A DNA stretch of 64,000 nucleotides, from the NCBI GenBank assembly GCA_036677065.1, contig JAKFBS010000004.1:320001-384000 (forward strand), in the 5' to 3' direction. The notes beneath the pieces were generated by a model. The model was not told the origin of the DNA and searched no databases. It saw only the letters and a list, made by a program, of their open reading frames with translations. Shown piece by piece: positions 28,123-37,443 of this stretch (its first letter is position 1; each line of letters begins with the position of its first letter). Made by a program: the position numbers and the translations under genes. This DNA comes from Bdellovibrio sp. GTDB taxonomy: Bacteria > Bdellovibrionota > Bdellovibrionia > Bdellovibrionales > Bdellovibrionaceae.

Positions 28123-29610
28123 ATGAAAAAATATATCATGGCCATCGATCAAGGAACAACCGGTTCAACAGTCATTTTAGTGGATCAAGGCGGAGGTCTG
28201 GTCGCATCTAGTGATCAGGATTTTCCGCAACACTATCCAGAACCTGGTTGGGTCGAACACGATCCTCGTGATATTTGGGAATCCGTCTCTCAATCGGCGC
28301 GTAAAGCATTGAGTAAGATTCAGGCGAGCCCCAGTGATGTTTTAACGATAGGTATTACGAATCAACGTGAAACCGTCGTGGCTTGGCGTAAATCAAATTC
28401 TGAAGTGTTACACAATGCCATCGTGTGGCAATGTCGTCGAACTACCGAGATGTGCAATAAGCTTCGTCCAACGTGGCAGAAAAAAATCAAAGATAAAACA
28501 GGTCTGGTGCTAGATCCTTATTTTTCGGCCAGCAAAATGCGTTGGTTAATTGAAAATGTGCCTGCAGTTAAAAAAGCTTTAAACGATGATGATTTAGCTT
28601 TCGGCAACATGGACACATTTTTAATGTGGAAATTAACTTCAGGAAAAACTTTCGCCACAGATGTAAGTAATGCCTCTCGCACAATGTTGATGAATTTAAA
28701 AACATTAGCTTGGGATAAAGACTTATTAAAATTATTTAAAGTTCCACTTTCGGCATTACCAGAAATTAAATCGTCAGCAGGAGCTTTTGGTGTTACCCAA
28801 AATGCTGGTTTCGTTGTTGATGGCACTCTGATTTCTGGAGTTGCAGGAGACCAGCAGGCAGCTCTTTTTGGTCAGGCTTGTTACGCGGCGGGTGAAAGCA
28901 AATGTACATTTGGTACCGGCAGTTTTATTTTGATGAATTCAGGAACCAAAATTCTAAAATCAAAATCGAATTTACTGACAACAGTGGCATGGAAAATTAA
29001 AGATCAACCGGCGCAATACGCGCTTGAAGGTGGAGCTTTTATTTGCGGCGCCGCCGTTCAGTGGCTGCGTGATGGTTTAGGGTTAATCGAATCAAGTGCT
29101 GAAGTTGAAAAATTAGCTGCTGAAGTACCAAATACTAACGGTGTTGAATTTGTTCCGGCTCTTACGGGACTTGGTGCCCCTCACTGGAAGCCCGAAGCTC
29201 GCGGCGAATTAACAGGGTTAACTCGTGGTACGACAAAGTCTCACATTGCACGCGCAACCTTAGAAGCAATGGCCTTGCAAAATGCTGATATTCTTATAGC
29301 CATGCAAAAAGACTTAGGTAAAAAAATTAAAAAATTGCGCGTTGATGGCGGGGCCTCTGCAAATAATTTATTAATGCAGCTGCAAGCTGATTATTTGCAA
29401 ACACAAGTTGATCGGCCGCAACAAATCGAAACTACTTCAATGGGAGCAGCGTACTTAGCTGGTATTGGGGCGGGGGTTTGGAATTCTACTGCTGAAATTA
29501 ACAAAATCTGGAAGATCGATCGTTCGTTTAAGGCGACGATTAAGAAAAAAGATTTAACAGCGCGACAAAAATCGTGGGCTAAGGCGATAAAAAAAGTGTT
29601 AGTGACATAA
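28123..29610 (+). CDS. glpK: Glycerol kinase
   Basis: AIDQGTT, GITNQRET, WQCRRT, DPYFSA, GDQQAALFGQ, LRVDGGA. Confidence 0.98.
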   Translation: MKKYIMAIDQGTTGSTVILVDQGGGLVASSDQDFPQHYPEPGWVEHDPRDIWESVSQSARKALSKIQASPSDVLTIGITNQRETVVAWRKSNSEVLHNAIVWQCRRTTEMCNKLRPTWQKKIKDKTGLVLDPYFSASKMRWLIENVPAVKKALNDDDLAFGNMDTFLMWKLTSGKTFATDVSNASRTMLMNLKTLAWDKDLLKLFKVPLSALPEIKSSAGAFGVTQNAGFVVDGTLISGVAGDQQAALFGQACYAAGESKCTFGTGSFILMNSGTKILKSKSNLLTTVAWKIKDQPAQYALEGGAFICGAAVQWLRDGLGLIESSAEVEKLAAEVPNTNGVEFVPALTGLGAPHWKPEARGELTGLTRGTTKSHIARATLEAMALQNADILIAMQKDLGKKIKKLRVDGGASANNLLMQLQADYLQTQVDRPQQIETTSMGAAYLAGIGAGVWNSTAEINKIWKIDRSFKATIKKKDLTARQKSWAKAIKKVLVT

Positions 29611-29642
29611 AAAAATGGCCATCAAGTATTCATGATGGCCAT
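29609..29642. terminator. Terminator hairpin between convergent glpK and 29653..31395
   Basis: ATGGCCATCA-N8-TGATGGCCAT with an upstream A-tract. Confidence 0.75.
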
Positions 29643-29652
29643 ATCGTTCTTA

Positions 29653-31395
29653 CTACTGAATATATAAATCTGTTGATACTGCAAACGGTGTTGGGTTGCT
29701 CAAGCTTGAAGAGCTGACCGAACGTTTAACGTCTACTTGTACGCGGATTTGTGCTCCAGCTTTTAGGATTGAAGAAGCTTTGCTTCCTAATAATTTAGCT
29801 AAAGTTACTTCGCCGTTAGCTGCTTGCGCTTGTTCGCGGCTTACAGTTTGTGGGGTGTTGATCGCGCGTAATTTACCGTTTTTCACTTCGAATAAGCTTA
29901 ATACGTACTTAGTACTTACTTCGCTAAATTGCTCAGTGCTGTCAGATAATTTGATGTAAGCATTTACACCTTGTTGGTTCGGAGCAGTTAATTCTACTTT
30001 TGATGAATCAGATAAAATCTGGATATCTTCAGAAGTTAAAACACGGCGGTCATAAACTGCAGTGCTAGAAAAAGATAACTGACCATTAGCAATCACAGAA
30101 CCAAGACGAGTTGTTTTAACAACGGCTTTGATTTTAGAGTGAGCCCCAATTTGAGCTTGTACGATTAAACCAGTTTTGCCGTTAGCTAATGAAGTCGCAA
30201 TACCTTGCTCGATTAAAGCATCAGTTGCTAAGTCACGAACTTCGATCTCAGAAGTAGTTTGTACTTTAGAGTGTGTCACTGAATCAGCAAAGCTGACTAC
30301 GAATTGATTTAAAAGCGGTGAGTACACAACTTGTAAACCTTTAAGTGAAGCTGTTCCGGCATTTGAAGAATCAAATAGTGGAGTTAAACCTAACTGCACG
30401 TTGATCACTTCGCCTGATTGCGATTGAGAAATCACTTTGTATCCATATAATGAGTTAACAGTGGCAACAGTTACTTGGCCCGGTTGAGCTGAAGTTAAAG
30501 TTACTTTTAAGGTCTCAGATTCATGAGCAGCTAAAATAGCATCTTGCGGGAATGAAACTACAACTTGGAATTGTAACTGACGGTCAAAAACTGTTTGCGT
30601 TTCAGTTTTGCAACATTTTGTTTCTTCACGGTATTTAGTTACAGTGCGAGTGCGAGTCTCATCACGGTATTTTGTTTCGTCACGGTAACGAGTCACTTCT
30701 TTTTGGTAAGGTACACGCACGTTTCCGCATTGTTGTTCAGTGTAAGGAACCTGAACATTACGGCATTCTCTATCAGTGTAAGGAACTTGGTGGTCGCGGC
30801 ATTCTTGACGAGTGTATGGAACATTGTTGCAAACTTGTTGGTTTTCACAACGTTGAGTTGGGCCAGTTCCGCTATCACATACGCGACGAGTTTTACAAAC
30901 TTGTTGCCCATGAGCATTTGTGCCACATTCAGTCACATCACGGCATTGGCCCGGTTCGCCAGGAACTAAGTAACATTTTTGTTCGTTACGGCATTCTCTG
31001 CGGTAGTCAGTTACGTTTTGGCAACGGCGTTCATTGCGGTAACGAGTTACATTTTCACAACGTTGTTCGTTGCGGTAACGTGTTACCGTTTCACAGCGAT
31101 ATTCATCGCGGTATTCAGTCACATAATCAGTATAAGGAACTTGAACAGTGTACGGAACTTGAACTGTATAAGTTTCTTCGACCTGATAAGGTACCTGAAC
31201 TGTGTAAGGCACTTGCACTTGTTCTTGGCGAAATAAATTTTTCGACAAGTGTGCGATGGCTTGGTGAGCGCTTGTTGCCGTGCGCGTAATAACCTGAGAT
31301 GTTTGCTCAGACGGTGCCGAATTGGCTGTAGCACTCACGCTTAATGCGGTGATGGCTGCAACAAATAAAGGCAAAAACTTTTTAAATTGGATCAT
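29653..31395 (-). CDS. Secreted protein with long VPY/TRY repeat and mirror-symmetric Cys ladder, followed by beta-rich domains
   Basis: Signal peptide; repeats VQVPY, VTRYR, CxNV; 14 regularly spaced Cys; GGGGG RBS. Confidence 0.85.
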   Translation of the reverse strand: MIQFKKFLPLFVAAITALSVSATANSAPSEQTSQVITRTATSAHQAIAHLSKNLFRQEQVQVPYTVQVPYQVEETYTVQVPYTVQVPYTDYVTEYRDEYRCETVTRYRNEQRCENVTRYRNERRCQNVTDYRRECRNEQKCYLVPGEPGQCRDVTECGTNAHGQQVCKTRRVCDSGTGPTQRCENQQVCNNVPYTRQECRDHQVPYTDRECRNVQVPYTEQQCGNVRVPYQKEVTRYRDETKYRDETRTRTVTKYREETKCCKTETQTVFDRQLQFQVVVSFPQDAILAAHESETLKVTLTSAQPGQVTVATVNSLYGYKVISQSQSGEVINVQLGLTPLFDSSNAGTASLKGLQVVYSPLLNQFVVSFADSVTHSKVQTTSEIEVRDLATDALIEQGIATSLANGKTGLIVQAQIGAHSKIKAVVKTTRLGSVIANGQLSFSSTAVYDRRVLTSEDIQILSDSSKVELTAPNQQGVNAYIKLSDSTEQFSEVSTKYVLSLFEVKNGKLRAINTPQTVSREQAQAANGEVTLAKLLGSKASSILKAGAQIRVQVDVKRSVSSSSLSNPTPFAVSTDLYIQ

Positions 31396-31428
31396 TGTGT
31401 CCCCCTTTTATTGAACGGGAGACTTAAG

Positions 31429-31445
31429 AGCAACAAGAGTGCCGA
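31429..31445 (-). promoter_or_regulatory. Putative sigma54 promoter of the Cys-ladder protein gene
   Basis: Minus strand TCGGCAC-TCTTG-TTGCT matches TGGCAC-N5-TTGCW with one mismatch. Confidence 0.6.
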
Positions 31446-31476
31446 AAATTGTCGTCACTAAATGGTGATAAAGTGA

Positions 31477-32316
31477 CTATTCTTCGCGATAGGTTTCGGG
31501 GATTTGAACTTCTTCAAGATCATCGATATCGCCCTGAAATTCGCGCTTAGAAGCCATTTCGATTTTTTGTGAAAGCTTGGCATCAAGTGTTCCATTAGAA
31601 TAAGCGGCAATAATTTTTGAGTACTTTGCGGCCGTTGTCGAAATGATAGAAGTTGAACTCGCTAGAGAATAGAGTCCAAAAATAGTCATAAAGAAAAGCA
31701 TAGCTCGGGTTGCGTTAATAGTAGGAATGTCTTTACTGCGTAGAATCGAATTGTGAATTTTTTTATAAAATACGATGAGAATCAATGGTGAAAATGCAAG
31801 TAGTAGCCCATAAAACCACCAAACGCTGGTCGACCAAAGCATTTCAGCACAACGTTCATTGCAACTGGTTTTGATCAAAAACTGATATTTTTGAATCATG
31901 AGCGAGCCAAAATATTTGAATTGGTAAAACATGAATGTCAGAGTAAGGATGCCAAGAACGAATTTTTCACAGAAAGCCCCGTATTTAAAATGAAGCTTAA
32001 AGTGCGTTACGAGTTCTCCTTTAATTAAAGCAAATCTGCTTGGCACTACTTTTTCTGGATGCTCTTGAGCAAGGCTTTCTAGTTCTTTGAGGTCGTTAAT
32101 TTCATCAGTGTAAAAGTTAATGTGAGTGTCATATCCGTCAGCAGAGTACGACACCCAGTATGTCTTCTTATTATTCGCCGGGATGTAGATTTTAGAAATT
32201 TGGGATGGTTCGATTGTGACAGGCTCGCCGCGATAAGCTGATTTAAGGCTTTCCCAGCTGAGAATACGGCAATGGAGAGCCCGTAATTTAGATTTAGGCC
32301 TGATTATCAATCCCAT
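31477..32316 (-). CDS. Hypothetical membrane protein (about 3 TM segments)
   Basis: Three hydrophobic stretches in the C-terminal half. Confidence 0.7.
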   Translation of the reverse strand: MGLIIRPKSKLRALHCRILSWESLKSAYRGEPVTIEPSQISKIYIPANNKKTYWVSYSADGYDTHINFYTDEINDLKELESLAQEHPEKVVPSRFALIKGELVTHFKLHFKYGAFCEKFVLGILTLTFMFYQFKYFGSLMIQKYQFLIKTSCNERCAEMLWSTSVWWFYGLLLAFSPLILIVFYKKIHNSILRSKDIPTINATRAMLFFMTIFGLYSLASSTSIISTTAAKYSKIIAAYSNGTLDAKLSQKIEMASKREFQGDIDDLEEVQIPETYREE

Positions 32317-32324
32317 AGCATTAC

Positions 32325-32351
32325 TTATCGGAATTTAGAGCAAAAACTTGA
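32325..32351 (-). promoter_or_regulatory. Putative sigma28 (FliA) promoter
   Basis: Minus strand TCAAGTTT-N11-TCCGATAA versus consensus TAAAGTTT-N11-GCCGATAA; 8 nt before ATG 32316. Confidence 0.7.
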
Positions 32352-32450
32352 AATAATTCCCGGCACCTGTCAAAGCTTTGGACAGCATTTTTTCACTCTA
32401 ATCCCATACCGAAACGCTCACGATTGGCGCACATTTCGTATTATAGAAAA

Positions 32451-32520
32451 GAGTCAGGCATCTTTAAAAATGACTGGTAGCCTCTTGTGTTTGAGCCCCT
32501 CTCGAGCCAAGAGGTTTTTT
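32451..32520 (+). ncRNA. Candidate small RNA ending in an intrinsic terminator
   Basis: TATTAT -10 at 32439-32444; AGTCA/TGACT stem; CCTCTTG...CAAGAGG stem plus T6; no + strand ORF upstream for it to terminate. Confidence 0.35.
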
Positions 32521-32544
32521 TATTTTTTGCCTAAAAAAATACCC

Positions 32545-32599
32545 AGGTAACAGTTCCCTTTTTGATATGCACTGTGACGCATAAAGGAAACTGTTACCT
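32545..32599. repeat. 17-bp inverted repeat (REP/REPIN-like)
   Basis: AGGTAACAGTTCCCTTT ... AAAGGAAACTGTTACCT, one mismatch. Confidence 0.7.
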
Positions 32600-32662
32600 C
32601 TTCTTTTCGCACACGATACCGTTATGGTCTATCGTATTTTGATTCGCGAAAGGATTCCGAAC

Positions 32663-34042
32663 GTGTCTGATATCAAGCCATCACCAATTCCTGAAATTAA
32701 ACGTCTAAAAGATTTAAGTACTCTTGTGAGTTTATCAAAACGCCGTGGCTTTGTTTTTCAAAGTTCTGAAATTTATGGCGGTCTTGGTAGCTGTTGGGAT
32801 TATGGTCCTTTAGGTTCATTAATGAAATTGAATGTTAAACGTGCGTGGTGGAATGCCATGACTCGTAGATCAGACATCGTTGGTCTTGATGCCGCGATTC
32901 TTATGCACCCAACTGTTTGGAAAGCTTCAGGCCACGTTGATGGATTCTCTGATCCTTTAGTAGATTGCAAAGATTGTAAAACTCGCTTTCGTGCGGATAA
33001 CACAGATTCTTATATTAATAAAAAACAGTGCCCTGTTTGCGGAAGCAAAAACCTATCTGAAGAACGTCAGTTTAATTTGATGTTTAAAACTCACATGGGT
33101 CCTTTAGAAGATTCTGGTTCTGTGGTTTATCTTCGTCCAGAAACGGCGCAAGGCCATTTTGTGAATTTTCAAAACTGCCAACAGTCATCTCGTTATAAAA
33201 TTCCTTTCGGAATTGCAGCGATTGGTAAATCTTTTCGTAATGAAATCACGCCGGGTAATTTTATTTTCCGTACGCGTGAATTCGAACAAATGGAAATGCA
33301 ATACTTTGTAAAACCTGGAACAGATGAACAGTTTTTCAATGAATGGAAAGACCGCCGTTGGAAGTTCTATTTGAAATTCGGAATTCGTGAAGAAAATTTA
33401 AATTTCAAACCCCATGATAAATTAGCTCACTACGCGCGCGCAGCAGTTGACGTTGAATATAAATTTCCGATGGGTTTTTCTGAATTAGAAGGTATTCATA
33501 ACCGCGCTGATTTCGATTTAACTCAGCATGCAAAATTCTCTGGTAAAAACTTAGAGTACTTTAACGAAGCTGAAAAAGAAAAATTTATTCCCTACGTGAT
33601 CGAAACAGCCGTTGGTTGTGATCGGTTATTCTTAGCCTTTATGTGTGATGCATATCGCGAAGAAGTCACGACGACAAAAGATGAAACCGGTAAAACTTCT
33701 GAAGATGTGCGTGTGGTATTGGGATTACATCCTGAAATCGCTCCGTTTAAAGTTGCAGTACTTCCATTATCTAAAAAAGATGAGTTATCACTCCCTGCAG
33801 AAGGTTTACGTGACCAGTTAGCCGAAGACTTCGATGTGACTTACGATGAAACGGCGTCGATCGGTAAACGTTACCGTCGCCAAGATGAAATCGGAACACC
33901 ATTTTGTGTAACTTACGATTTTGAATCAGTTACTGATGGCGCCGTGACTGTTCGTCATCGTGATAAAATGACTCAAGAGCGTATTAAAATTAAAGAATTA
34001 AATGCTTATATCGCTGTTCAACTGAAACAGTTTAACCAATAG
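32663..34042 (+). CDS. glyQS: Glycine--tRNA ligase, alpha2 (homodimeric) type
   Basis: [51 protein letters not shown] 32663 follows an AAGGA RBS (ATG 32624 is an alternative). Confidence 0.96.
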   Translation: MSDIKPSPIPEIKRLKDLSTLVSLSKRRGFVFQSSEIYGGLGSCWDYGPLGSLMKLNVKRAWWNAMTRRSDIVGLDAAILMHPTVWKASGHVDGFSDPLVDCKDCKTRFRADNTDSYINKKQCPVCGSKNLSEERQFNLMFKTHMGPLEDSGSVVYLRPETAQGHFVNFQNCQQSSRYKIPFGIAAIGKSFRNEITPGNFIFRTREFEQMEMQYFVKPGTDEQFFNEWKDRRWKFYLKFGIREENLNFKPHDKLAHYARAAVDVEYKFPMGFSELEGIHNRADFDLTQHAKFSGKNLEYFNEAEKEKFIPYVIETAVGCDRLFLAFMCDAYREEVTTTKDETGKTSEDVRVVLGLHPEIAPFKVAVLPLSKKDELSLPAEGLRDQLAEDFDVTYDETASIGKRYRRQDEIGTPFCVTYDFESVTDGAVTVRHRDKMTQERIKIKELNAYIAVQLKQFNQ

Positions 34043-34087
34043 GATCGGCCAGTGGCCGACCAATTAACAAATGAAGGGGATTGTGTG

Positions 34088-36751
34088 ATGGAGACTACAA
34101 ACACAAAAACTTATACGAAACCAGAGAAGTTTGTTTATTACTTTGCGGCCGGTGAAGCCGAAGGTAATGCAGGCATGAAAAACACTTTAGGCGGTAAAGG
34201 GGCAAACTTAGCAGAGATGACTGCTATCGGGCTTCCTGTGCCTCCGGGGTTTACGCTTTCAACTGACATCTGTACGGCTTATTACGCCGAAGGTGGAAAG
34301 CTTCCTGACTGGGTTAAACCTGAAGTCTTAAAAGCTTTGGCCCGTGTCGAAACTAAAATCGGAAAAAAATTCGGTGATGTTACAAATCCATTATTAGTGA
34401 GTGTTCGTTCAGGGGCTCGCGCTTCAATGCCTGGAATGATGGATACAATTCTTAATTTAGGTTTAAATGATCAAACAGTTGAAGGCTTAGCAAAGTCTTC
34501 AAATAACCCACGTTTTGCCTGGGATTCTTACCGCCGTTTTATTCAAATGTATTCTGATGTGGTGATGGGAATGAATTCATCATTGTTAGAAGTGACTCTT
34601 GAAGATCTAAAAGCCGAAAAAGGCCTTCACTTAGATACAGAGCTAACAACTGATGATTTAAAAAAATTAGTTAAAAAATTTAAAGACCTAGTTCAGCAAA
34701 TGACCGGTCAAAGCTTTCCGGCTGATCCGATGGAACAACTTTGGGGAGCGATCAACGCCGTATTTAAAAGTTGGAATACAGCGCGTGCGATCACTTACCG
34801 CGAATTGCACGACATCCCTGCCGCTTGGGGAACAGCCGTCAACGTTCAGTCGATGGTGTTTGGTAATTTAGGTGATGATTCAGCAACGGGTGTGGCATTT
34901 ACACGTGACCCTTCAACCGGTGCAAAAAAATTCTACGGAGAATTTTTAGTGAACGCGCAAGGTGAAGATGTGGTTGCCGGAATCCGCACACCACAGCCAA
35001 TTTCGCTATTAGCTGAAATTATGCCTGAGCCATATAAAGATTTAGAAACTATCTATAAAAAATTAGAAACGTATTTCAAAGACATGCAAGATATCGAATT
35101 CACAATTGAAAAAAATAAATTGTGGATGTTGCAAACGCGTAACGGTAAACGCACGGCAAAAGCCGCGCTCCAAATCGCGTGCGATATGATCGATGAAAAA
35201 ATGATTACTGAAGAAGAAGCGATTTTACGTTTAGATCCTTCATCATTAGATCAGTTATTACATCCGACATTAGATCCAAAAGCTTCAAAAACTATTTTAG
35301 CCAAAGGTTTACCGGCAAGCCCAGGTGGCGTTTGCGGGCAAATCGTCTTCACTCCAGAAGATGCTGTCGAGTGGAAAGAACAAGGCAAAAAAGTGATCCT
35401 AGTTCGCGTTGAAACTTCTCCTGAAGACATCGCGGGTATGGTTGCGGCCCAAGGGATTCTAACTGCTCGCGGTGGTATGACATCACATGCAGCGGTTGTT
35501 GCCCGCGGTATGGGTAAATGTTGCGTAGCCGGTTGTTCTGAAGTTGAAGTAGATTACACTAACGAACAAATGCGCGCCAAAGGTTACAACCTTAAAAAAG
35601 GTGATGTGATTACGTTAGATGGCAGCACGGGTGAGATTTACTTAGGTGAAGTTAAAACTATCGAACCAAAATTAGACGGCGTATTTGATCGTTTAATGAA
35701 AATGGCCGATGGCGTTCGCAGATTAAAAGTTCGCGCGAATGCAGACACGCCAAAAGATGCGCAAACAGCGCGTAATTTCGGAGCTGAAGGCATTGGCCTT
35801 TGCCGTACAGAACATATGTTCTTCGGTGCTGATCGTATTGATGCAGTTCGTGAAATGATTATCTCTGATACTAAAGTAGAACGTGAACGCGCTTTAGAAA
35901 AATTATTACCAATGCAAAGAGATGATTTTTATCAGTTGTTTAAAATCATGGAAGGCTATCCGGTAACCATTCGTTTGTTAGACCCACCATTACATGAATT
36001 CGTTCCGCACTCTGATGAAGAAATTCAAATTTTTGCAAAACGCGTAAACCTTGATGCCAATCGTGTAAAAGCAAAAATTCAAGCACTTCACGAATTTAAC
36101 CCGATGTTAGGTCACCGTGGTTGTCGTTTAGCAGTAACTTTTCCTGAAATCTATCAAATGCAATCGCGTGCCATCGCTGAAGCCGCGGCAAAGCTAACCC
36201 AAGAAGGCATGAAGCTTGTTCCTGAAATCATGATTCCGTTAATTGCGACAGCGAAAGAATTAGAAATCTTGCGTGCGCAAACTATCGAAGTGGTTGATAA
36301 GGTGATGAAAGAAACAAAAACTAAATTTGATTACCAAGTGGGTACAATGATTGAACTTCCTCGTGCAGCCGTAACGGCTCATGAGATTGCAAAACATGCT
36401 GACTTTTTTAGTTTCGGAACAAATGACTTAACACAAACTACGTTAGGTCTTTCGCGTGATGATTCAGGAAGATTCTTAGGAAGCTACGTTAGCCAGGGAA
36501 TATTTGCCAAAGATCCATTTGTAAGTATTGACCAGATTGGCGTAGGCACATTAGTTAAGACCGGTGTTGATTTAGGTCGTCAAACTAAAGGCCAACTTAA
36601 AGTGGGCGTGTGCGGTGAGCACGGTGGCGATCCGGAATCGATCGAGTTTTTTGAAAATGTAAATTTAGATTACGTCAGTTGTTCGCCGTTTCGTGTGCCG
36701 ATAGCACGCTTAGCCGCTGCTAAGGCCCACTTAAAAAGGAAGAAAAAATAA
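34088..36751 (+). CDS. ppdK: Pyruvate, phosphate dikinase
   Basis: LGGKGANLAEM, VRSGARASMPGMMDT, GGMTSHAAVVARG, GLCRTEHM, VCGEHGG. Confidence 0.98.
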   Translation: METTNTKTYTKPEKFVYYFAAGEAEGNAGMKNTLGGKGANLAEMTAIGLPVPPGFTLSTDICTAYYAEGGKLPDWVKPEVLKALARVETKIGKKFGDVTNPLLVSVRSGARASMPGMMDTILNLGLNDQTVEGLAKSSNNPRFAWDSYRRFIQMYSDVVMGMNSSLLEVTLEDLKAEKGLHLDTELTTDDLKKLVKKFKDLVQQMTGQSFPADPMEQLWGAINAVFKSWNTARAITYRELHDIPAAWGTAVNVQSMVFGNLGDDSATGVAFTRDPSTGAKKFYGEFLVNAQGEDVVAGIRTPQPISLLAEIMPEPYKDLETIYKKLETYFKDMQDIEFTIEKNKLWMLQTRNGKRTAKAALQIACDMIDEKMITEEEAILRLDPSSLDQLLHPTLDPKASKTILAKGLPASPGGVCGQIVFTPEDAVEWKEQGKKVILVRVETSPEDIAGMVAAQGILTARGGMTSHAAVVARGMGKCCVAGCSEVEVDYTNEQMRAKGYNLKKGDVITLDGSTGEIYLGEVKTIEPKLDGVFDRLMKMADGVRRLKVRANADTPKDAQTARNFGAEGIGLCRTEHMFFGADRIDAVREMIISDTKVERERALEKLLPMQRDDFYQLFKIMEGYPVTIRLLDPPLHEFVPHSDEEIQIFAKRVNLDANRVKAKIQALHEFNPMLGHRGCRLAVTFPEIYQMQSRAIAEAAAKLTQEGMKLVPEIMIPLIATAKELEILRAQTIEVVDKVMKETKTKFDYQVGTMIELPRAAVTAHEIAKHADFFSFGTNDLTQTTLGLSRDDSGRFLGSYVSQGIFAKDPFVSIDQIGVGTLVKTGVDLGRQTKGQLKVGVCGEHGGDPESIEFFENVNLDYVSCSPFRVPIARLAAAKAHLKRKKK

Positions 36752-36753
36752 GT

Positions 36754-37443
36754 ATGCAAAGATTATTGTTAGTTGAAGATAATGAAGTTATGCGGGTGTT
36801 AGCCGCTAACACATTGAAAGAGTTTTCTCTTTCAATGGCTTCAACGTTAAAAGAAGCTCAAGTCTTAATGCAAACAAATACGTTTGACTTAATTCTTCTG
36901 GATATCGGATTGCCAGACGGGGATGGGCTTACTTTTTTAAATCACTTAAGCAATGCATCTGGTGCGCAAACGCCAGTGATTATTATTAGCGGTAAAACTG
37001 ATATTGCCAGCAAAGTGACTGCATTTTCTTTCGGGGCTGAAGATTTTATTTCTAAGCCCTTTGATCCTATCGAATTAAAAGCGCGCGTGTCGGCTAAGCT
37101 TAAAAAAATTGAACAGGCTAAAACTAGCTCTGACCAGTTAAAAATTGGCGATTTAATCATTACAGTCAGCAAACAAAAAGTGGTGATTCAATCCGGTGGC
37201 AATGATCAGATTCCTGTAGACTTAACAACGTTAGAATTTAAATTGTTATTGTCTTTAGCAAAACATCCGGAGCGCGTTTACACGCGTGAGCATTTGCTTT
37301 CAGAAGTTTGGGGTAATGATTTATCTGTAACTTTGCGCAGTGTTGATACGCACGTGGCACATTTACGTAAAAAGATTCATAAATCAAAAGTCAAAATTGA
37401 TACCGTCATTCGCAGCGGCTACCGCTTATTAATTAACTCTTAA
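36754..37443 (+). CDS. OmpR/PhoB-family response regulator (no adjacent kinase)
   Basis: LLVEDN, LLDIGLPD, KPF receiver; LTTLEFKLL...VDTHVAHLRKK...GY winged helix. Confidence 0.93.
   Translation: MQRLLLVEDNEVMRVLAANTLKEFSLSMASTLKEAQVLMQTNTFDLILLDIGLPDGDGLTFLNHLSNASGAQTPVIIISGKTDIASKVTAFSFGAEDFISKPFDPIELKARVSAKLKKIEQAKTSSDQLKIGDLIITVSKQKVVIQSGGNDQIPVDLTTLEFKLLLSLAKHPERVYTREHLLSEVWGNDLSVTLRSVDTHVAHLRKKIHKSKVKIDTVIRSGYRLLINS

Noticed and set aside
30595..31334. Overlapping alternative-frame and antisense ORFs, and a possible CRISPR-like periodicity, in the repeat region
   Set aside because: The periodicity is explained by the coding VPY/TRY/Cys repeats; there are no identical repeats with unique spacers and no cas genes
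32400..32660. T-box or glycine riboswitch upstream of glyQS
   Set aside because: No T-box GGTGGNACC sequence or glycine aptamer motifs; the hairpins are reported separately
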